From an uncultured Acidobacteriota bacterium (GTDB lineage Bacteria; Acidobacteriota; Vicinamibacteria; Fen-336), in the NCBI GenBank assembly GCA_963720545.1, contig OY970399.1:1824001-1888000 (forward strand): a stretch of DNA of 64,000 bases. The letters run 5' to 3'. Shown one piece after another: positions 28,076 through 38,546 of this stretch. The notes beneath the pieces are model-generated. The model was not told the DNA's origin. It did no database searches and saw only the letters and a list, made by a program, of their open reading frames with translations. Numbering within the stretch: the first letter of the stretch is position 1; each line of letters begins with the position of its first letter. Made by a program: the position numbers and the translations under genes.

Positions 28076-29784
28076 GCCTGCGAGTGAACCGTCTGGCCGC
28101 CGACCACCGTGCGCACCACCGGAATGTTCTTGATGGTATCGGGGTCGCCCTCGTGCGGATCGCGCCCGAGCTCGACGAAGTCGGCGAGCTTCGCGGCGCC
28201 AATCGAGCCCTTGATGCGCTCCTCGAACGACGCGTAAGCGCCACCCATGGTGCAGATCTGCAGCGCCTCGGGCACCGTGATGCGCTGGTTCGCGCCCCAC
28301 ACCCGGCCGGCGTAGTCCTTGCGCGTCACCATGCTCTGGATCGCCATCATCGGCTCGTACGGGCCGGGAATGTAGTCGGAAGCGGGCGCCACGTGGATCC
28401 CGTAGTCGAGGAACGAGCGGTGCGCGAACATGTGCTGCATCTTTTCCTGCCCGTACGCGACCCAGTTGTTCCCGTGGTAGTGCACGTACGTGTAAAACGG
28501 CGTCGGGATGACGTCCTGCGCCTTGATGCGGCGCAGCAGGTCGTCGTTGACCAACGAGCAGTGCTCGATGCGAAAGCGCGGATCGGGGCGCGGGAACAGG
28601 CGCTGGGCGCGCTCGTAAGCTTTCAGCACCATGTCGATCGCAACGTCGCCGTTGGCGTGGATGCCGATCTGAAAGCGGTGGCGGTGCGCGTCCTCGACCG
28701 CGGCGTCGATCGCGTCCTGCTCCATGTAAAGGATCCCGTAGTCGTTGGGCTTGTCGGCGAACGGCGTGCTCATGCGCATGGTGCGCTCCTGCGCCGAGCC
28801 ATCGGCGAGCCACTTCGCGCCGCCGAGCCTGAGCCGGTCGCTGCCGAAGCCGGTGTAGAAGCCGGCGTCGCGCATCTGCTTGTAGATCGGCGAATAGCCC
28901 TGCGGCATGACGTACGCGCGAAACAGCAACTCGCCTGCCCGGTGGCAGTCCTGGTACGAGGTGAGGTGCTCGGGCGACGCCTCGGCGTCGGTGACGGAGG
29001 TGAGCCCGGCGGCGGTCATCAGCTTGGCCATCACCGCCAGGCCGCGCTGCCGTTCGGCGCGGTCCGGCCCAGGCGGCATGAGCTTCGTGAACGGTTCGTT
29101 GGCCGAGGCGGCGAGATAGCCGTCGAGCTGGCCGTTGCTGCGGCCGATGCGGCCGCCCTTCGGGTCGGGCGTGTCGATGGTGATGCCGCCGAGCGCCAGC
29201 GCCCGGCTGTTGTACCAGCTGGTGTGGCCGCCGCGGTGCATCACCCGCACCGGGTTGTCCGGCGCCGCCTCGTCGAGGTCGGCGCGCGTCAGGCGCCGGC
29301 CCTCGGCCACCTTGGTGTCGTCGTACTTGGCGCCGACGATCCATGCGCCCTGCGGTGTCTTCGCGGCCTGCGCGCGGATCTTCTCCTTGATTTGCGCGAT
29401 CGACGGCAAATCCATGTTGAGTGCGCTGACCTCGACGGTGCCGCCCCACGCCGGGTGCGAGTGCGCGTCGATGAAACCCGGCACCACGGTGTGCCCGTCG
29501 GCGTCGCGCACTTCTGTTTGCGGCCCCTTGAGGTTGAGCACGTCGGCAGACGCGCCGACGGCTGTGAACTTGCCGTCGGTCACCGCGAACGCTTCGGCGC
29601 GCGGCTGCCCCGGGTCGGAGGTATAGACACGCGCGTTGTGGACGATGAGATCGGGCCGCGTGGGCGTGATGCCCGCGGCGGCCGCGTCTTTCGCCAGCAG
29701 CTCGTCGGCTCCTGCCCCGCTCGCGAGCCATGCGGCGGCGCCGCCGCTGCCGCGCAGGAATGCGCCGCGGCCGCCTCGCTTCAC
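28072..29784 (-). CDS. amidohydrolase 3 (YtcJ-like) metal-dependent hydrolase
   Basis: VVPGFIDAHSH, KWLADGS, IHANGD, RIEHC, ASD, KLADFVEL. GTG start overlaps the IclR stop, GGAGG upstream. Confidence 0.9.
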   Translation of the reverse strand: MKRGGRGAFLRGSGGAAAWLASGAGADELLAKDAAAAGITPTRPDLIVHNARVYTSDPGQPRAEAFAVTDGKFTAVGASADVLNLKGPQTEVRDADGHTVVPGFIDAHSHPAWGGTVEVSALNMDLPSIAQIKEKIRAQAAKTPQGAWIVGAKYDDTKVAEGRRLTRADLDEAAPDNPVRVMHRGGHTSWYNSRALALGGITIDTPDPKGGRIGRSNGQLDGYLAASANEPFTKLMPPGPDRAERQRGLAVMAKLMTAAGLTSVTDAEASPEHLTSYQDCHRAGELLFRAYVMPQGYSPIYKQMRDAGFYTGFGSDRLRLGGAKWLADGSAQERTMRMSTPFADKPNDYGILYMEQDAIDAAVEDAHRHRFQIGIHANGDVAIDMVLKAYERAQRLFPRPDPRFRIEHCSLVNDDLLRRIKAQDVIPTPFYTYVHYHGNNWVAYGQEKMQHMFAHRSFLDYGIHVAPASDYIPGPYEPMMAIQSMVTRKDYAGRVWGANQRITVPEALQICTMGGAYASFEERIKGSIGAAKLADFVELGRDPHEGDPDTIKNIPVVRTVVGGQTVHSQA

Positions 29785-30626
29785 CTTGACCTCCGGAGGC
29801 CAGGACGCGCCACATCCGCGAGTGCCAGCGGGCCGTAGCCGAGGCGTGCGGAAATGAGGTCGGCCGTCTTGCGCAGCTTGGCCGCGACCGCCGGCAGCAT
29901 GGCTGGGCGCAGCCGCGAGCTGGGTCCGGCGACGCTGATGGCCGCGGCGACGCTGCCCGAGTGATCGCGGATCACGGCACCGACGCTGACGAGGCCGAGG
30001 TCCATCTCGCCGTCCGAGGTGGCATAGCCGCGCTTGCGCACCAGCTTGAGGTCGTCGATGAGCGCCGCCACGGTGCGGTGGGTCTTGTCGGTGTAGCGCT
30101 TCAGTGCACGGGTGCCCAGCAGCTTCTCGACCGAGGCATCGTCGAGCTCGGCGAGCATCGCCTTGCCGAGCGACATGGCGTGCGCGCCGAACACGCGCCC
30201 GGGGGGCGAAGGTGCCGCGCTCGACTGCGGCCCAGTGTTGTCCAGCAGCACCACCTGGTCGCCGTCCATGACCGCGAGGTGCACGGTCTCGCCCACTTCG
30301 ACCGCGAGGCGCGTCATGAACGGGCGGGCGATGTCGCGCAGGTTGAGGCGCGCCACCGCCTGTTCGCCGAGCTTCACGAGCTGCAGCCCGAGGTGGTAGC
30401 GGCCGGAGAACGGATCCTGCTCCACCAGGCGGTTGTGCTGCAGCGCCATGAGGATGCGGTGCGCCGTGGCCTTGTGCAGCCCGGTCTGGTCGGCCACGTC
30501 CTTGACGTTCAACTCCGGATGGCCGGTGTCGAAGCAGTTGAGGATGGCGGCGGCGCGATCGAGCGCCTGGATGCGGTAGCGGCTGGCGGCGGCGGGGCGC
30601 GGCTTGTCTGGTTGTCTCTTGGCCAT
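29781..30626 (-). CDS. IclR family transcriptional regulator
   Basis: IQALDRAAAIL...TGLHKATAHRIL wHTH; GETVHLAV, HAMSLGKAML, VRKRGYA, VAAAISVAGP. Confidence 0.95.
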   Translation of the reverse strand: MAKRQPDKPRPAAASRYRIQALDRAAAILNCFDTGHPELNVKDVADQTGLHKATAHRILMALQHNRLVEQDPFSGRYHLGLQLVKLGEQAVARLNLRDIARPFMTRLAVEVGETVHLAVMDGDQVVLLDNTGPQSSAAPSPPGRVFGAHAMSLGKAMLAELDDASVEKLLGTRALKRYTDKTHRTVAALIDDLKLVRKRGYATSDGEMDLGLVSVGAVIRDHSGSVAAAISVAGPSSRLRPAMLPAVAAKLRKTADLISARLGYGPLALADVARPGLRRSR

Positions 30627-30650
30627 ATCCTGGGATCCGGTTGGAGGCGG

Positions 30651-30680
30651 ATGGTAAGGCGGCGGCTTCACCGCCGTCAA
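30651..30680 (-). promoter_or_regulatory. putative sigma70 promoter of the IclR gene
   Basis: TTGACG-N18-TACCAT ending 24 nt before the ATG; no copy of the operator here. Confidence 0.5.
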
Positions 30681-30694
30681 TCGGCGCTGCGTTT

Positions 30695-32676
30695 TCACGG
30701 GCGCTTGCCGCCGTCGGCGCCGGTTTCACAACCGCCGCCGGCAACGACTGGAAGCTGGAGCGCCGACGGGCGGCGAACGTCGCGATAGATGCGCTGCGTT
30801 GCCGGACGGTAGTCCGCGGCCGCCGCGTGGTAGACGTCCACGAACTTCTGCGGGTTGCGGTCGAACATCGGGAACCAGCTGCTTTGCACCTGCACCATCA
30901 GGCGATGGCCCTTCAGGAAAGTGTGATAGCGGTCGCCGAGGGTGAAGCGCAGCTTCGCCGGCACCCCCGGCTGCATCGGCTTCGGGTCGGAAAGGCTGTC
31001 GCGGAACTTCGCGCGCAGGATCTCTCCCACCAGCAGCATCTGGTAGCCGCCCATGCGCAGCGCGAGCGGATTGGGGTCCGGGTCCTTCGCGTCATCGGGA
31101 ACACGTCGATCAGCTTCACCACGAAATCGGAGTCGGTGCCGCTGGTCGCCGCATACAGCTCGACCGGCGTCGGCCCGGCGATCGTCAGGTCGGCGGCAAG
31201 CGGTTCGCTCTCGTACACGAGCACGTCGGGGCGGCTCGACACGAAGCGCTGGTCTTCGACGGCGAAGCGCCGGCCCTCGCCGGTGAGGATCTGCGCCGTG
31301 TAGGGCACGGGCCGGCGCGGGTCGCTCACGTACTCGTCGTGCGCCGACGCCGGGGCGGCGGCCGCGCGGTCGAAGGACAGGGTTCCGCGCGGACCCAGGT
31401 AGAGCGGCTTCGCCGCGACGCCTGCCGGCGGCCACTCGGAGCAGCGGCGCCACTTGTTACCGCCGGTCTCGAACATCAGCGCCTTCGGCAGGTCCACCTG
31501 GCCGCGGTCTTTCAGGTATTGCACGAACATCGGCAGCTCGATGTCGCGCCGAAACTGTTCGCCGGTCTTCACGGCGAACGGAATGCCCGCGAACTCGTCG
31601 CCCGCGTTGCGCGCCCAGCCGCCGTGATCCCAGGGCCCCACCACCAGGTGCGCCTGGTTGCCCGGGCTCAGGTTCTGCAGGCCGTGGAACATGAGGAAGG
31701 GGCCGGCAAAGTCCTCGGCGTCGAACCAGCCGCCGACGATGAGCACGGGATGCTTCACGCCCTTGAGGTGCTGCGGCACGTTGCGCAGCTTCCAGTACTC
31801 GTCGTACGTGCCGTGCTTCATGAAGTCGTCGTAGGTGGGCACGCCGTCGCCGAAGTATTTCTTCGCGTTGGCGGCCGCGCCGAGCTCGAGGAAGAAGCGG
31901 TAGCCGTCGGGCGTGCCGAAGTCGAACTCGACCGCCGGCTTGTCGGTCGGCGCCTGGCGGAGGGTGGCGTTCTCCGCCATCCAGTTGAATCCGTATGCGA
32001 GCTGGAAGGCGCCGCCCGAGTGATAGTCGTCGCCCAGGAACTGGTCTTGCGGCGGCGCTTGCGGAGAGGAGAAGCGCAGCGCGGGATGGGCATCGATCAT
32101 CCCCATCGCCGCCTCCCAGCCCGGCCACGAAACGCCGCGCTCGGAGACGCGGCCATTGTTGTTGGGGACGTTCTTGAGCAGCCACGCGACCGTGTCGTAC
32201 ATGTCGGTGCTGGAGTTGGGGCGCTGCGAGCCGGCGAGGTACGGCGCGTGGTGGACGAACTCGCCCTCGGAGCGAAAGCGGCCGCGCGAATCCTGGTAAA
32301 CGAAGATGAAGCCCTCGTGGCTGAACTCGACGTACGGCCCCGCCCAGGATCGGAAGGCGTCCGGGCCGTAGGGTGCGACGCCGTAAGCGGTGCGATTGAC
32401 GAGGAACGGATACGACTGCGACTGGTCCTTCGGAATGTAGAGGACGGTGAAGAGCCTGATCCCGTCGCGCATCGGGATCATCACTTCGCGCTTGTCGTAG
32501 TGCTCCTGTAACCGGTAGCCGCCGGGCGCCGGCACGCCCGGCTCCTGGGCCCGCGCCGTGGCCGCAGCGAACAGGCCCGCGGCGGCGATCAGGAGCGCTC
32601 TGGCCGTGACGGCGGACGTCGTATCGCACCTCCTGCCGCCGGTCACCGCGTTTCGCGATGCGAGACGGCGTCTCAC
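30695..32676 (-). CDS. CocE/NonD family (S15-like, alpha-amino acid ester hydrolase-like) exported hydrolase; one frameshift near 31098, start codon uncertain
   Basis: IPMRDGIRL, RTAYG, QDSRGRFRSEG, GVSWPG, GGWFDAED, GPWDHGGW. After KLIDVFP the protein continues in another frame (DDAKDP...QVQSSWFPMFDRNPQ). Restoring one base at 31097-31099 joins the halves. Confidence 0.85.
32650..32675 (-). promoter_or_regulatory. operator-like element copy 2 (TGAGAC-gcc-GTCTCG-catcg-CGAAAC)
   Basis: Lies between the divergent CocE and SDR genes, next to an extended -10-like TGcTATGTT (32678-32686) on the plus strand. Confidence 0.65.
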
Positions 32677-32694
32677 ATGCTATGTTCTGCGCCA

Positions 32695-33498
32695 ATGGAG
32701 CGTCAATCGAAAGCTGCGTTTCGCGACGATCTCCTGGCCGGGCGCCGCGCCTTCATCACCGGCGGCGGCACCGGCATCTGCCGCGGCATTGCGCTCGCGT
32801 TCGCCGCCCACGGCGCCGACGTCGCGATCGTCAGCCGCAGCGCCGAGCATCTCGAACCGACGGCGCGCGAGCTCGCAGCGCTGGGCGTGCGCGCGTTCCA
32901 CCAGGCGACCGACGTGCGCGTCCCCGAATCGGTGGCGGCGGCGATCGACGGCGCGGTCGCTGCCTTCGGCGGCCTCGACATCGTCGTGAACGGCGCCGCC
33001 GGCAACTTCGTCGCGCGCGCCGAGGACCTGTCGCCGAACGGCTTCGGCACCGTCGTCGACATCGACCTCAAGGGCAGCTTCAACGTCGCGAAGGCGGCGC
33101 TCCCCCACCTGCGCAAGGCCGGCGGCGCCCTCCTCAACATCAGCGCCACGCTCCACTATCTCGGCACCGCTTCGCAGGTGCACGTCTCGGCGGCCAAGGC
33201 CGGCGTCGACTCGCTGACCCGCACGCTCGCGGTCGAATGGGGGCCCTACGGCATTCGCGTCAACGGCATCGCACCAGGTGCCATCGAAGGCACCGAGGGC
33301 GTGAAGCGCCTGCTGGCGGGTGACAAGCACGAGGCGGCGGTGCGCCGCAACCCGCTGCGCCGACTGGGCCAGCTCGACGACATTGCGCACGCCGCGCTCT
33401 ATTTGTGCTCCGACGCCGCGTCGTTCGTCACCGGCGCGACCCTGGTCGTGGACGGCGGGCAGTGGCTCGCGAACTACCGGATCAGCGGCGAGCCATGA
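32695..33498 (+). CDS. SDR oxidoreductase, 2,4-dienoyl-CoA reductase (DECR2-like) subgroup
   Basis: TGGGTGI, NGAAGNF, LSPNGFGTVVDIDL, NISAT, HVSAAKAGVD (no canonical YxxxK Tyr), IRVNGIAPG. Confidence 0.85.
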   Translation: MERQSKAAFRDDLLAGRRAFITGGGTGICRGIALAFAAHGADVAIVSRSAEHLEPTARELAALGVRAFHQATDVRVPESVAAAIDGAVAAFGGLDIVVNGAAGNFVARAEDLSPNGFGTVVDIDLKGSFNVAKAALPHLRKAGGALLNISATLHYLGTASQVHVSAAKAGVDSLTRTLAVEWGPYGIRVNGIAPGAIEGTEGVKRLLAGDKHEAAVRRNPLRRLGQLDDIAHAALYLCSDAASFVTGATLVVDGGQWLANYRISGEP

Positions 33499-34613
33499 AA
33501 TTCCGGCGCATGGCGATCGAGAAGGAATCTCCCGAGGAAGCCGGCTACGACACCATCGACTGCAACCTCTCCGAAAGCTCGGTGAGCGACGCGCTGCTGC
33601 GCGACCTCGACATCCGCATCGCCGACCTGGCCCTTCCTTATGTAGAGCACCGCGGCGACCGCCGGCTGCGCGAGGCGATCGCGGCGGCACATCCCGGCAT
33701 CGGCGCGGACGACGTGCTGGTGACGCCCGGCGCGGCGGCCGCGCTGTTCATCATCCACGCGGTGCTGCTCGAGAAGGGCGACCACCTGGTGGTGGAGCAT
33801 CCCAACTACGGCACCAACCTCGAGACGCCGCGCGCCTTCGGCTGCGAGGTCGAGACGCTGCCGCTCGCCTTCGAGTCCGGCTTCCAGCCCGACCTCGACT
33901 TCGCGCGCCGGGCAGTGGGCGCGCGCACGCGCCTGCTGAGCGTCACCAACCCGCACAACCCCACCGGGGTGCTGAAGCCGGCCGCGGCGATCACCGCGCT
34001 CATCGACATCGCCCGCGGCCGCAACACCCGGTTGCTGGTGGACGAAACCTACCGCGACGTCTCCGCGGTTGCCAAGCCGCCGCTCGCCGCGCAGCTCGAT
34101 CCGTGCGCGCTGTCGGTGTCGTCGATGTCGAAGGCGTATGGCCTGCCGGGCATCCGTATCGGCTGGATCATCAGCAAGGACCGGGCGCTCATGGAAGAAC
34201 TGCTCGCGGCCAAGGAACAAATCGTCATCTGCAACTCGGCGGTGGACGAGGAGATTGCGCTCCAGTACCTGCGCAAGGCGGACACCTTCCTGCCGCGCAT
34301 CCGTGCGTCGGTCGCGCAGAACGCAGCGCTCCTCGAGGGTTGGATGACGCGGCAGGCGGACACCATGGAGTGGGTGGCGCCGCAGGCGGCGGTCGTGGCC
34401 TTTCCGCGCTTCCGCAACTCGGTCGCGATCGACACCGAGCGGTTCTACCGCCTGCTGCGCGACGACTACCGCACCGCGGTCGGTCCTGGCCATTGGTTCG
34501 AGGTGAGCGACCACCACATGCGCCTCGGCTTCGGCTATCCCACCGCCGACCAGATGCGCCGCGGCCTCGACAACCTCGCCGCCGCCGCGCGCCGCGCCCA
34601 GACCGCGGCGTGA
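33495..34613 (+). CDS. PLP-dependent aminotransferase class I/II
   Basis: NLSESS, NPHNPTG, VDETY, SMSKAYGLPGIRIGW; ATGA overlap with the SDR gene. Confidence 0.92.
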   Translation: MKFRRMAIEKESPEEAGYDTIDCNLSESSVSDALLRDLDIRIADLALPYVEHRGDRRLREAIAAAHPGIGADDVLVTPGAAAALFIIHAVLLEKGDHLVVEHPNYGTNLETPRAFGCEVETLPLAFESGFQPDLDFARRAVGARTRLLSVTNPHNPTGVLKPAAAITALIDIARGRNTRLLVDETYRDVSAVAKPPLAAQLDPCALSVSSMSKAYGLPGIRIGWIISKDRALMEELLAAKEQIVICNSAVDEEIALQYLRKADTFLPRIRASVAQNAALLEGWMTRQADTMEWVAPQAAVVAFPRFRNSVAIDTERFYRLLRDDYRTAVGPGHWFEVSDHHMRLGFGYPTADQMRRGLDNLAAAARRAQTAA

Positions 34614-35866
34614 CGGACGATCTCGAAGTGCGCTCGGTGCTTCACGAGCGCCTGCAGAAGAGCCGCGTCAGTCAGCAGGAGTTTCTCGCAGCACTCGTGC
34701 GCCAGCCGTCCGACAACCCGCCGGGCGACTGCGCGCCGATCGCGGAACGCGCGGCTGCGCTGCTCGCAACCCTCGGCCTCGAGGTCGAAAGCCACGCGGT
34801 GCCGCAGCCGCAAGTCGCGGGCGCCGGCATGGTCTCCTGCACCAACCTGATCGTCCGCAAGCGCTTCGGTCCGGGTCCGACGATTGCCTGCAACGCGCAC
34901 GGCGACGTGGTTCCACCCGGCGGCGGCTGGTCATTCGACCCGTACGGTGCCCAGGAAGCGGCCGGCTTCCTGTACGGCCGCGGCGTGGCGGTTTCGAAGT
35001 CGGATTTCGCGACCTACACGTACGCGCTGCTGGCGCTCGCGGGCGCCGCAGCCGCGACCCATACCGAGCTGCGCGGCGCGATCGAGCTGCACTTCACGTT
35101 CGACGAGGAAACCGGCGGCACGCTCGGCCCGCAATGGCTGCTCGCGCAGGGACTGACGAAGCCCGACTACGTCCTGTCCGCCGGCTTCGCTCATGGCATC
35201 GTCACGGCGCACAACGGCTGCCTGCACCTCGAAGTGGTGCTCACGGGAAAGTCGGCGCACGCCGCGCGTCCGGAGAATGGGCACGATGCGCTCGAGGCGG
35301 CGGCGGCGGTGCTGAGCGACCTCTACGCGCATCGCCAGGCGCTGCAGGCAACCCGCTCGAAAGTCGCCGGCATCGGCGCGCCGAGCCTCGTCGTCGGCCG
35401 TATCGAAGGCGGCACGAACACCAACGTGGTTCCCGACCGGGTCGCGTTCCGCCTCGACCGCCGCATCCTTCCCGAAGAGGATCCGGCCGCCGTGGAGCAA
35501 CCGCTCACCGCGTTCATCCAGGCTTCGGCGGCACGCTGGCCGGGCATCACCGCTACCATCCGGCAGGTTCTCCTGGCCGCGCCGTTCAAGGCGCAGCCCG
35601 GCCAAAATCGCCTCGTGACTTCCCTGCAGCGCAACGCGCGGACGGTGATGGGCATCGACGTGCGCCCCCACGGCGTGCCGCTCTATACAGATGCGCGCCA
35701 CTACGCCGCAGCCGGCATTCCGACCGTCCTCTACGGCGCCGGCCCGGCCACCCTCGAGGAAGCCCGCGGCCACGCCGCCGATGAGCGCCTGGCCCTCACC
35801 GACTTGTGGTCCGCCACCGAAGTGGTGGCCCTGACCTTCCTCGACCTGCTGACCGCCACCGACTAG
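34610..35866 (+). CDS. M20 family (ArgE/DapE-like) deacylase
   Basis: NAHGDVVP, YGRGVAVSKSD, FDEETGG, GKSAHAA, GGTNTNVVPD, YTDAR, GHAADE; GTGA overlap. Confidence 0.9.
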   Translation: MTDDLEVRSVLHERLQKSRVSQQEFLAALVRQPSDNPPGDCAPIAERAAALLATLGLEVESHAVPQPQVAGAGMVSCTNLIVRKRFGPGPTIACNAHGDVVPPGGGWSFDPYGAQEAAGFLYGRGVAVSKSDFATYTYALLALAGAAAATHTELRGAIELHFTFDEETGGTLGPQWLLAQGLTKPDYVLSAGFAHGIVTAHNGCLHLEVVLTGKSAHAARPENGHDALEAAAAVLSDLYAHRQALQATRSKVAGIGAPSLVVGRIEGGTNTNVVPDRVAFRLDRRILPEEDPAAVEQPLTAFIQASAARWPGITATIRQVLLAAPFKAQPGQNRLVTSLQRNARTVMGIDVRPHGVPLYTDARHYAAAGIPTVLYGAGPATLEEARGHAADERLALTDLWSATEVVALTFLDLLTATD

Positions 35867-35961
35867 CGCGGCGCAGCCACCGTTTTGCCGAGGGCGTTCA
35901 TCGCTTGCGCGGCGCCCGAGGGACTCTCGTTGGAACCTACTCCGGACACAGTAGCCCCGCG

Positions 35962-38546
35962 TCAGTGATCGTGGGGCGCGTCGCGTAAGTGAGTGTGGAA
36001 AATACCCGCCTCGTGCATGCGGTTGTGGAATTCGCGGCGGATGCTGGTGAGGCGCAGCCGGAGACGCTTGTGGGTGGCGGCGTCGGCGCGCGAGGCTATC
36101 GTGTCGAGGTAGGCGATGGCGCCCTCGATCTGGTCGAGGATGGTGGCGGCGTCGGCGGCTGAGCCGTGGGCGGAACCGGCGACGTCGACCATCACCGGCG
36201 ACGAGTGCGCGGCGATGATGTGCGCGCCGCCCGGCAGCGTCGCACGCACCAGCAGCGCCAGCCAGCTGCTGCGCTCGACGCGCACGTTCCATTCGCCCTC
36301 GCTGTCGCCGTCGAGCGTGCGCTTCTCCACGATCTCGCCATTCCTCACGAGCTCCACGCTGGCGAGCTTGGTCACCACGCTGGCGGCGCGCCACGCCACC
36401 GTGAGAGTGCCTCCGGACCTCGTGAGCGCGAGGCGTTCGCCCATGGCCGTGCCTTCGACTGTGAACTCGAGGAGCGCGCCGCTCGAGGCGAACGTGCGAC
36501 CTGGCGGATCGCTTCGCGCCAGCCCGCGACCGTGAACGGTTCGCCCGCACCGAGGTTCGCGTAGGTGCGCAGTGCGCCGATGGGGGTGTCGCCCGCCATC
36601 TTGTCGGTGCCGCCGACGATCGCCGCGGCGTAGCCGCAGTTGAGGTAGCGGTACCAGTCGACGAGCGAGTACGGGTCGATCGGCATGGCCGGATTGAACG
36701 CGCACATCTCGACCCCGTCCACCAGGCCGCCGACGAGGGCGGCGGCGTTCTCGAGGCGCGGGTGCGGAAAGTGCGGCAGGACCACGATGCCGTTCTGCGC
36801 GCGCGCCTGCGCCGCGAACCCGGTCAGCGTGTTCTCCACCGGCGTACCGAGCGCCGACTCGATCGGGCCGGCGGTCGAGAGTGGCGTCACCATCGGCCCT
36901 TCATAGGTGAGCAGCGAGATGTGGCCAAGCACCCGCTGGCGGTTCTCGGTGCCGACCCACAGGTGGTAGTCGGCATCGGCGGCCGTCGCTTCGTAGCGAT
37001 GCAGGGTCTTGCCGTCGAAATCGCCGACGTTCGTTTTCAGCTCGCCCCACTGCGCCGCCAGCAGGTTCACGAGGTGCACGTCCTCGGCCGCGCCCTCGAG
37101 GAGGCCCGTGGTCGGCGAGACGAAATGCACGTGCGTATCGGACGTGTACCAGCCGCGCTCGTGCCAGCGCAGCGCCCGGCCCACCTCGACCTCGATCCGC
37201 TCGGTGCCGGGGCCGATGTCGAAGGACTGGCGCACCGGCCTGAACTCGAAGCCTTTGCTCGCCTCGACGAACACTTGCCCCCACGGCAGCTTCGCCGTGG
37301 CCTCCCCGGGAATGTAGGCGGCGAGGTGGCCGTTGTTGTAGTGGGTGGTGTCTGGCGCGTGGTCCTGGAACCAGTACGGGTTCGGCTCGCGGTTCCACGC
37401 TTCCGGCGCAAAGTACTGACCGTCGGCGCTGTGCATGTGCAGTTTCGCCGCTACGGGTCGGCGGCTCACGGCCTCGACGACGCGCACCAGCACGCGCTGC
37501 GTCGGTGCCGGCAGCGATTCGATCACCGCGTCCGCCGGCTCACCGGGCAGGTCGGCGAGGGCGAACGACTCGCCGGCGAGCTGCAGGCGCGCCTGCGGAT
37601 GCGCGGCGAACTCCACGATCGCGTGCTCGGGGTCCATCGCCGGCGGCTCGAGCGCGGTGGATTCCGCCCAGGCCGCGTCGGGATAGACCCGCGGGCGGAA
37701 CACGCGAATCACACGCCCGAGGTCGAGGTCGATCGGGTCGGCGCCCTCGGGAACGTAGTCGTTGCCGAAGCGCGTGCGCCGGTAGAGCGACAGGGGATCG
37801 ACACCCTTGCCGAGGCGGATGCGTAGCCGCCGCCGCGGCTGCCAGCGCAGCGGATGCTCCTCGACGTCGCCGACGCTCAGGCCGAAGAAGTAGAGCGTGC
37901 CGTTCACGGGCTCGGCTCGAAACCCGGTGAGCGCGGCTTGCGGCCGCGGGTTCGCAACAGCCCACAGCCAGTTGAGCCATTGCGGCGCCGGCTCGTCCCA
38001 GCTCTCGATCGTCACTTGCGTCTGCTGCGTCCCCCACTCCCAGGCGCGCGCGCTGTCGTTCTCGAGCCGGCCGAGGACCCGCGGCTTGCGGTGCGACACG
38101 CACGCGACGCCGGGATCGCCAAAGGTGCGCATCCACATCCCGACCTCGAGGCGGCGGCGGACAGGGAGGCGAACTTCGCCGCCATCCTCGTAGATGAGTA
38201 CGTAGTCGGCGGCGTGCTCCGCCAGCCGCCCGGCACCCCGCGGATGCTGCTCGATGCCGTCCGTGCCCAGGTCGCGCACCGGCACCTCGGACGCGTGCTG
38301 GAACACGAGCCAGCGGCCGCGCATCGCTTCACCGCCGAAGGTCACGTGCTGCTCGGCGATTCGCCACGGCACCTGCGGCAGCTGGAACGGTATGCCCCAC
38401 GCGACGCAATCGCCCTGCGGGGCATTGCCGAACGCACGCCGCGCCGCCGCATCCAGGCTTTGCGGGTCGAGGGCGGCTGCGCCTGTCGCCGACCACGGCG
38501 CGGCGCGAAACAGCGGCGAGGCCGGTCCGTCCACCCAGGCCGGCAT
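35962..38546 (-). CDS. large PHP-like (CehA/McbA-family-like) metallohydrolase; one frameshift near 36500
   Basis: WYTSDTHVH, GTENR, LGHISLL, PHFP, WYRYLNCG, GGTDKM. After REAIRQ the protein continues as GRTFASSG in another frame; one extra G restores it. Confidence 0.75.

Noticed and set aside
29700..29784. Tat signal on the YtcJ-like amidohydrolase
   Set aside because: The motif reads GRGAFLR, lacking the second Arg, so the export route cannot be asserted.
31097..36501. Programmed ribosomal frameshifting in the CocE and PHP-like genes
   Set aside because: No slippery heptamer is seen; each break is a one-base loss in a short G/C run and similar breaks cluster nearby.
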